Assembly: GCA_951406725.2 (NCBI GenBank)
Contig: OX597821.1
Span: 111,786,001-111,850,000 of the forward strand
From: Octopus vulgaris
Taxonomy: Eukaryota
Direction: 5' to 3'
Length of the DNA: 64,000 nt
The notes beneath the pieces are model-generated. The model was not told the origin of the DNA. It did not search any database and saw only the letters and a list, made by a program, of their open reading frames with translations. A program made the position numbers and the translations under genes. Of this stretch, positions 55,876 through 64,000 are shown in pieces; within the stretch, counting starts at the first letter, position 1, and each line of letters begins with the position of its first letter.

Positions 55876-56579
55876 GCATACAGTTTCTATCTACCAAATT
55901 CCTTCACAAGGCATTGGTCGGCTCGGAGCAACAATAAAAGACATTTGCCCCAGATTCAACAATGTGGGACTGAACTCAACCAGGTGAGGTTGCAAAGCCA
56001 GCCCCTTAACCAGATAGCCACACCTGCGCCATCTCTAAGCAACCAGCTTCTTTCTTTGTCTATTTACCCATTTGTGTTTCGCGATAACATTTTAATAGAT
56101 CGTTTTTAACCCTTTCAAAAGCAATATCTGCGCCCCGGTTAAAAATACATTTTATTTAATCCCTCCATCTATTTCTTCCAGGAAATAAAACACACACTTT
56201 CTCTCTCTCTACATCTGAGACTTCTCTCTAAAACATGTATTTCGCATATTTCACTACTACTTCAAGACATGTAAGCGATATTCTTCCATTTCCCGAAAGT
56301 AATGGCACAGGATAAAACAAGTAATAACAACGCACTTCACAACAGAATCTATTTTCATAGACTCCTCAAGAAACACTTATGAATGTATCCACTTTAAAGA
56401 AGATTACTTTACAAAGCTCTTTCTCTCTTTCTCTCTCTCGCCTTCCAGTTATCTTCGTATCCAACTCTCCGGTAACCACTCTATTAACCCATTTGCAATC
56501 CAAAATATACCTAGATGTGCTCTGCTCTCCTCCAGCTAAACTAATCTATGCTTATGTTATTTATTTTAACAAGTGTGAA

Positions 56580-57210
56580 GGTGGTGAGCTGGCGGAATCG
56601 TTAGCAAGCCGGTCAAAATATCTGTCGGTATTTCATCGGCGAGCTGGCAGAAACGTTAGCACGCCGGGCGAAATGCGTAGCCGTATTTCGTCTGCCGCTA
56701 CGTTCTGAGTTCAAATTCCGCCGAGGTCGACTTTGCCCGGGGTCGATTAAATAAGTACCAGTTACGCACTGGGGTCGATATAATCGAGTTAATCCGTTTG
56801 TCTGTCCTTGTTTGTCCCCTCTATGTTTAGCCCCTTGTGGGTAGTAAAGAAATAGGTATTTCGTCTGCTGTTACGTTCTGAGTTCAAATACCGCCGAGGT
56901 CGACTTTGCCTTTCATCCTTTCGGGGTCGATTAAATAAGTACCAGTTACGCACTGGGGTCGATATAATCGATTTAATCCGTTTGTCTGTCCTTGCTTGTC
57001 CTCTCTGTGTTTAGCCCCTTGTGGGTAGTAAAGAAATAGGTATTTCATCCGCCTTTACGTTCTGAGTTCATATTCTGCCAAGGTCGACTTTTCCTTTCAT
57101 CCATTCGGGGATGTCGATGAAAAGAATGAATAAATAGAAGAAAAAAAAACTATCTACTGAATACTGGGGTCGATGTAATCGACTAGTCCCAATCCACAAA
57201 TTTCAGGACT
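56580..57210 (+). mobile_element. SINE family B multimer / nested copies
   Basis: The head is followed by units restarting at GTATTTCGTCTG (~56683, ~56857, ~57040). Confidence 0.88.
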
Positions 57211-58499
57211 TGAAAATGGCCAAGTGGCCAAGTCGTGAGAGCGTTGGAAAAAAGAAAGAGAAAGAAAAAGCTTAACTGTGTTTATATATCAGTTGTCCTT
57301 TTCGTTGTCCAGCTGCAGCAGAGCCGTTATAGCAGGCCCATGAAGATCAAAGGCGTTCCAGCCATGCCAATCTCTTTATGACATTCGTCTTTCTTGGATT
57401 ATATAGTTCAATATATCTTTCTTTTTAAAAGGCTGGGCTATGATTTGAAGGCGATTTGACTACTATTTCTAGCACATCGATGGACCACCACATTATTTTT
57501 CTAGTTAGTTTGATGTACTTCGGTGTACTTTAAGTGCATATAAAACGACAAGTAAACTGACCGCCAGAATTCAACAACATTTTTTTTTTTCTTAGAACCG
57601 GAGACCGCGCTGGAGAAAACAAGCAAATATCGTTTTATCTGTGTAGATATGGATGCTAGACTTAAAAACTTTATGTTAACAGAATACCTTGGGAGTTGAA
57701 CCAACTCATTAAATAGCAGGTTTATAACAGAAACAAAGAAAAAAGATAGAGGTGGGAGAAGAGAGAGAGAGTGGGGAAGATCGAAGATAGATAAGTACCT
57801 CTTACAAACTTACGATCAGCTGCTCAAAAAATGATGATTGCCAAACTTATAAACAAGTTTCTTTATATATTTCCTTTCAACTACTTTATCTCATCGAGAT
57901 AATTGGATCTGATTTTAGTGATTTTTTTATATGTATTTCTTCTTCTTTTATCTTCTTATTTGGTGAGTTTTAGCATCACAGGAATGATGCCAATAGCATT
58001 CCTGTAGCTATTTTCCAGAGTTCTCACTGCAACTGCCAGCCTCACCTACAATATCCAAATCAATGACCACCGTTTTGTGGCCTGATGTTCAACATATATT
58101 TATGATGGGTAATGTTAGAAGTATACTTGGCATGCCTACAAAACTGTGCCTCTCCAAATGGACTTTGTTTCCTCATAACTTCCAGAAAATGGATATTTTT
58201 TAATGAATTGCTTTTATAAATATGCTTCAGATGGTTAAAATTCCGATTATATCGAAATTTGTCGTCAAAATATTTTTCTGAGGTTGGGGAGGGGAGTTTT
58301 TGAAAATTCACAAAACTCGGCTTTGTTTCCTCATAACTTTTTTTTAAAAATGGATATTTTTCTTCTTTTTCACAATACTTATTACAAACACCTTTACATT
58401 ACAATTATATCGGAATTTAATAAGAAAAAATTGGTTGGCTCTCACATACAGACACACATTACAATTTTTTCGAAATTTCAAATTTTTTAGAAAGAACAT

Positions 58500-58846
58500 T
58501 TTTTTACATTATTTACATTATTTACATTTGACGGATATTTGTCCTCATCTTATTTCTTGTTAACACAATGCTTCGGCTGATATACCCTCCAGCCTTCATC
58601 AGGAGTTTTGGGGGAAATTTCGAACCTGGGTTCTTATTCGTAGGGTATTTTTCGATGTTTATTATTATTATTATTATTGTTGTTATTATTCAGGTCACTG
58701 CCTGGAATCGAACTCGGAATCTTGGGGTTAGTAGCCTGCGTTGTTAACCACTACGCCATATGCCTGTAAGCATATCCTTCAAATGTAAATAATGTAAATA
58801 ACGTAAAAAATGTACATAATTCCCCATCTCTTAAATATAGAACTGT
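58500..58846 (-). mobile_element. tRNA-headed element carrying a hammerhead motif, with an inverted copy of its 3' end
   Basis: Minus strand: tRNA-like head 58764-58693 (TGGCGTAGTGG, GAGTTCGATTCC), then CTGATGA-A-GGCTG..CAGCC-GAAG at 58602-58571 and a (TGTAAATAA)n tail, inverted at 58772-58810. Confidence 0.7.
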
Positions 58847-59289
58847 ATTTTCAGAACGAATTCCGTATAATCAGTATCTACACTATCTGAAGCTTGTTTG
58901 TAAAAATTTCATGAAAAAGACATCCATTTTTCTGGAAGTTATCGGGAACCAAAGTCTTGAAGACGGGGTACCCTTGCGTAGGTATGCCATTGGTAATATC
59001 AGGAAACATGGCATACAAACAATAGAGACCAGATTCTTGATAATGAACTTGTCTATTGAAACAGATTTTGCTGTATCTTGGGAGGGTCATTAGGCCAATG
59101 ATAAACACACGCACTGACAGACAGATCTAAAGTAAAGCTGGAGAATAGGTGGGTGGGGCTTGTGGATGATGAGGTCGCGAATGGCAACGAAAGGATTTTG
59201 ACAAACTTAACCGATTAAATTATTGACCGAACGACTTACTAAACAGTGTATTTAATGTAATCAATCCCTCAATATTATTTTTTATTTTA

Positions 59290-59605
59290 CCTTCTTCTAC
59301 TTATTTCAGCCCATAGACTGCGGCCACCCTGGAGAGCCGTTGTGGAAGGGTTTAGTCGAACAAATGAACCGTGGTACTTGCTCTGTTTTAAGCTTATTAC
59401 TTTTTCTATCGTAATCTTTTGTCAAGCACGCATTGAACAAGCCAACACCGGTTGTCAAGCAGTGTAGAAACAAACATAAAGACGAAGTGCGCACACACTC
59501 ACACCCATACGACGGGTTTCTACCCAGTTTCAATAATGAACCAAATTCACTTACAAGGCCCCCAGGCTATAGCAGAAGACATTTTCCCAAGATGCACAAT
59601 GGGTA
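59290..59605 (-). mobile_element. Old diverged SINE family A copy
   Basis: Recognisable blocks ACACCGGTTGTCAAGC, ATACGACGGG and GGCTATAGCAGAAGAC. Confidence 0.7.
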
Positions 59606-59835
59606 AGGTACACACACACACACACACATATGTATGTATAAATACATACACCCCCACACACACCCACCCACACATTTATGAGTAAGTAGACAAACGAAAG
59701 AAGGGGACTCAACACATTTATTAGGAGTTACATGTATGGATCAAAACAGTTTGATCAAACTCCTTGGTACTCAGAGTTTCAAGTGTGACGCTAATCTTCG
59801 GTCATATGTATATGTGTATAGCTAAGTAGATAGAT

Positions 59836-59876
<41 letters not shown>

Positions 59877-59911
59877 GTATATATGTATATATGTATATAT
59901 ATATGTATATA

Positions 59912-59987
<76 letters not shown>

Positions 59988-60002
59988 AGTATATATATAT
60001 GT

Positions 60003-60238
60003 AGAGAGTATACGAAAAAACAAAAGACGAAGACAGGTGGTGTACAAAACAAACAGATGTATAGCCACTACACATCCTTTATTTTCTCTCCTTGTTTCTT
60101 TCTGTGTTCCTTTCTGTGGAAGAGCGTAGGCTCGAAACATTAAAGACCTTTTCCCTTCCCGAGCGTTATACTAATACATCTGTTTGTTGTCTACACACTC
60201 GTCTTCGTCTTTTATTTTTTTTTTTGCGAATTCTCCTT
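60003..60238 (+). repeat. Microsatellite-embedded fold-back element with central hammerhead-like motif (60110-60145)
   Basis: Arms AAAAGACGAAGAC..TGTA..AACAAACAGATGTAT / ATACATCTGTTTGTT..TACAC..GTCTTCGTCTTTT. The motif reads CTTT-CTGTGGA-A-GAGC-GTAG-GCTC-GAAA-CATT-AAAG. Confidence 0.7.
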
Positions 60239-60282
60239 ATATACATACATACATACATACATACATACAAACATACATACAA

Positions 60283-60370
<88 letters not shown>

Positions 60371-60499
60371 AATGTTAGTATTAGTAAATGTATTACTACA
60401 TTTATTAATACTAACATTAATTTAGCTAATACCATCCAACCCTCTAGGAATATTAATAACAAGGTTATTGTATCTGAAGTCAATTCCAATAGAATTAAG

Positions 60500-60892
60500 T
60501 TTATGTCAAGTAACTCTAAGATTAAAAATTCTATATACCAGTGTATAATCAGTAGTCGTAATAAAGTACGATTTTACATTGGAAGCACATCGTTAGAGTT
60601 ATCTAAAAGAATTTCTATCCATTACTCAACATTTAAGGATAGAAATAAACGTAATAGTACCGGTCTCAGCAAACTGATTTGGGATTTAAAAGACCACAAT
60701 GAACAATTTCATTTAGAATGGTTGATTCTCTCAATTTCGATACCTTATGACAAAGGCAAGGAATTCTGTCTTTTCTGCAATTCTGAGCTATTTTTCATTA
60801 TTTTTTCTAAAAATACTCTAGTAAACACGGTTATAGAGCGAGCATACAGATGTAAGCATTGGCAAAAACACACGTTTAGTGCATATAAGTAG
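60500..60892 (+). mobile_element. GIY-YIG endonuclease domain of a 5'-truncated Penelope-like retroelement
   Basis: SIYQC..FYIGST..KRISIH..F..STGLSKLIWDLK..W.I..CLFCNSE..VN..E..CKH. The 5' part of the 266-aa ORF is only microsatellite read-through; no RT domain is present. Confidence 0.82.
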
Positions 60893-61094
60893 TCTCTATC
60901 ATTATATATAATTTAAACTTTAATTTCCTTTATATTTAACATTCACTATTGGTATCCCTACTCTTTCTGTTAGCTACTTATGACGTTATATCATATAACG
61001 TTTTTTTTAAACAATATTAATAGCGTTCTGTCAATCGCTATACAAATCCGTCATTTTTTGCTAAAATGTCCTATTGACGAGTTTCGTGTTTTTC

Positions 61095-61180
61095 ACTTTC
61101 CCGAAGAGAAGATTGCATTGTTTATACCATTTATTCTTTTGAATAGTATCAATGGAATTTTCGAAACATGTGTCGAAAGT
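61095..61180 (+). ncRNA. Type I hammerhead motif in the pLTR-like region of the Penelope-like element
   Basis: Stem I ACTTTC/GAAAGT; core CCGAAGA (U4C); 13-bp stem II GAAGATTGCATTG/CAATGGAATTTTC; GAAA-C-ATGT-GTC. Confidence 0.72.
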
Positions 61181-61816
61181 AAAAATATTTGATTTACACC
61201 TGCGTTAAACTCCATTTATTTATTCATATATTATTCAGAATATATTCAACGTAAGCACGAAGTTTCTACCTTTATAAACAAGGAGTTACAACATCTTTAC
61301 TTGTGAGATCTTTGCTACCCTGGTAACTGTTTATCTATTTTTTCCGTGTTGATTGTTAACAAGGTAAAAATACACTCATCTATTTACAAATATATATATA
61401 TACATGTATGTATATACACATGTACATACATATACACATATAAATACGTTTGTGCTTGCATGTGTACGTGTTTGAGAGTATGTGTGTGTATACATATACA
61501 AGTATTATGTGTGCGTGTGTGGGGGGCGGTATCTATATAGCTGTGTATGTATGTATATCATACAAATATTAACACGTGCACTGATCGTACGCGTATTCAT
61601 GAAACAACGCAAAAACAGTCAAACGCACATGCATACACACACACACGGGCGCGCACAAACTCACACATTCATCTCTCTCTCTCACACATACACACACAAA
61701 ATACACAATCTCACACAAAAGCTCACATTCACACACTCTCCCTCTCTCTCTATCTCCCTGTCTCACACACACACACACACACATTCGTACGCACGCGCAC
61801 AAATTCACACACTCGT

Positions 61817-61856
<40 letters not shown>

Positions 61857-62376
61857 ACACATACACACAAAAAAACACAAACTCACACACAAGCTCACAC
61901 TCACACGCTCTCCCTCTCTCTCTATCTCCCTGTCTCACACCCACACACGCACCCACACACACAACCACATACGCATTCGCACCTCTACACCACTTGCGCG
62001 TACGCATTCACTCACGCAGGCAAGCACGCCATGGGCCTGTACGAATTGTATAACGTTGCCCCTCTCTGAAAGCAAACCGAGCTTATAATAACGGGGTTGC
62101 CAAAAGAAGCAGGACGAATATAATTTCATTCAACACAATGGGGGAGAGAGAATATTAAACCGTATCGCACGCGAGGTGGAGGAAAAGAATAGTTGTGAGG
62201 AGGGCGGGCAATTCTTGCGTAATTAGAAACAGCAACCAACGCAATTCTGCTCTGTCAGGACCTGTCGAGTTATAAAGATGCATCTCTGCTTACTTGGCTT
62301 TATAGAAATTCTATAATGGAAAAAAAGGAAAGAAAGAAAACATGGAGGTTTGCAGCGAGGGGATAATAACAATAAC

Positions 62377-62440
<64 letters not shown>

Positions 62441-62441
<1 letters not shown>

Positions 62442-62929
62442 GAGCACAAGATATGCATAAGATCTGGTTATCAAATCTAAGTAGAAATTTTAAACTTAAA
62501 ATCTTCAAAGCCACAGTCGAACCAATTCTACTATATGGCTCAGAAACCTGGACGTTATCAAAGAAGCTTGAGAGGCGGTTGGATGGAACCTACACTCGCC
62601 TCCTTATGAGAGCTCAAAATCTCTCGTGGAAGCGTCATCCAACCGAAGTACAAATATATGGGAAACTACCACCTGTATCATCTCTTGTGAAAGGTAGAAG
62701 AATCCAGTTTGCTGGACATTGTTGTAGAGCTGAAAACAAGGTAATTTCTGCCCATCTCCTCTGGAAGCCATCTACTCGCGATACCAGAGGGTGCACACTC
62801 TCCTGCCCTGATGTAATCTCCAGGGATACAGGCATCCAGCAACAGGAACTCCGTAATGCTATGATGGACCGTGAAGTCTGGCATAACATAGTAAATTCCG
62901 TTGTCACGACCACGGTCGAACAATGATGA

Positions 62930-62935
<6 letters not shown>
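62441..62935 (+). mobile_element. Second copy of the Proto2/RTE-like LINE 3' end, inside (GTA)n
   Basis: Translation is nearly the same as 27965-28423. Confidence 0.85.
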
Positions 62936-62987
<52 letters not shown>

Positions 62988-62989
62988 AT

Positions 62990-63191
62990 CCCTGTGAGCA
63001 AAAATCTCGAGAAGTAGGTAGAATAAACAGGGGCTGCAATAAGGGTGGTGCACTTGCAGAAACCAGCACTGCTTGGAACCGCTCGAATACTCTGGAAAGT
63101 GTTCGAAAAATAAGAGGTGTTACCTTAGTTCACTGGTAAGTGAACAGCTGACACCGCAGTACATCTCCAGCGTTAGAAGCTGTGCAAAGGC

Positions 63192-63192
<1 letters not shown>
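62990..63192 (+). mobile_element. R4/Dong family 2 extreme 3' end followed by (TAA)n
   Basis: Matches 49835-50015 (CAGCACTGCTTGGAACCGCTCGAATACTC..CTCCAGCGTTAGAA). Confidence 0.85.
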
Positions 63193-63267
<75 letters not shown>

Positions 63268-63269
<2 letters not shown>

Positions 63270-63652
63270 CCTTTCTACTATAGGCACAAGGTCTGAAATT
63301 TGTGGGAGGGAGATAGACTATTATATCGACCCCAGTACTCAGCTGGTACTTATTTTATCGACTTCGAAACGATGGAAGACTACATTGACTTCGGTGGAAT
63401 TTGAAGACGGACGAAATACCTATTTCTTTACTACCCACAAGGGACTAAACACAGAGAAGACAAACAAAGACAGACAAACGGATTAAGTCGATTACATCGA
63501 CCCCAGTGCGTAACTGGTACTTAATTTATCGACCCCGAAATGATGAAATGCAAAGTCAACAATGGCGGAATTTGAGCTCAGAACGTAGCGACGGGCGAAA
63601 TACCGCTAAGCATTTCGCCTGGCGTGCTAACGATTCCGGCATCTCGCCACCT
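63268..63652 (-). mobile_element. SINE family B, two units
   Basis: Family B blocks on the minus strand. Confidence 0.82.
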
Positions 63653-64000
63653 TCTTACTGTAGATAATAGCAATGAAGTAGAGGCGGGCAACTGCGCAGA
63701 GTTTCTCTTGTCGTTGGTTTGTTTTGAAACTAAAAATGGCGGCTTTTCAACAAAACATCACAAAACAACAGGCTTCTATTGTCACTCTTCTTCCCCTCCT
63801 TTTTATCCTCCTCCTTCCTATCTGGTTGATAACCTGTGCACCGGAGTCATTATTCTTGTCCCATCCTTATTTGTAGCAACCTGAACAGAGGGATGGTTGG
63901 AGACGTCCATTAATTATTTGGTTCATATGACTGTGATCTAGACGAGGGTAAACAGTGGCTCGAATTTAGGGTTAGTTAAAAAATTTTTTATATTTTATAT

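Noticed and set aside
58693-58764. Functional tRNA gene (also the heads at 926, 29533 and 38053)
   Set aside because: Acceptor and anticodon stems pair poorly and the heads run into repeat bodies, so they are SINE-type heads.
60092-60892. 266-aa host protein
   Set aside because: The N-terminal half crosses a fold-back repeat and microsatellites; only the GIY-YIG part is real coding sequence, and it is of retroelement origin.

Overview
Eukaryotic, AT-rich, repeat-saturated DNA with no recognisable intact host gene, so probably intergenic or deep intronic. The SINE families and the extreme density of microsatellites point to a coleoid cephalopod, most likely an Octopus species (inference from repeat content). 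The window holds ~25 copies or fragments of a tRNA-headed CORE-like SINE and ~12 of a second SINE, plus modular SINE variants. It also contains decayed Tc1/mariner elements (including a mariner/DD36E-Tc1 chimera), three short non-autonomous Helitrons, RTE/Proto2-like and CR1-like LINE 3' ends, and a cluster of R4/Dong RLE retrotransposons in TAA repeats. There is a 46-bp minisatellite and a Penelope-like GIY-YIG 3' end. The most interesting signal is not in the ORF track. Many short unique islands between (TA)n/(CA)n tracts carry type I hammerhead-ribozyme motifs and/or long fold-back inverted repeats. One motif lies just 3' of the GIY-YIG ORF, and one sits behind a tRNA-like Pol III head. Together they suggest a diverse set of Penelope-related or retrozyme-like elements. 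All calls were made by eye, without database searches or folding software, and boundaries are approximate unless termini are quoted.
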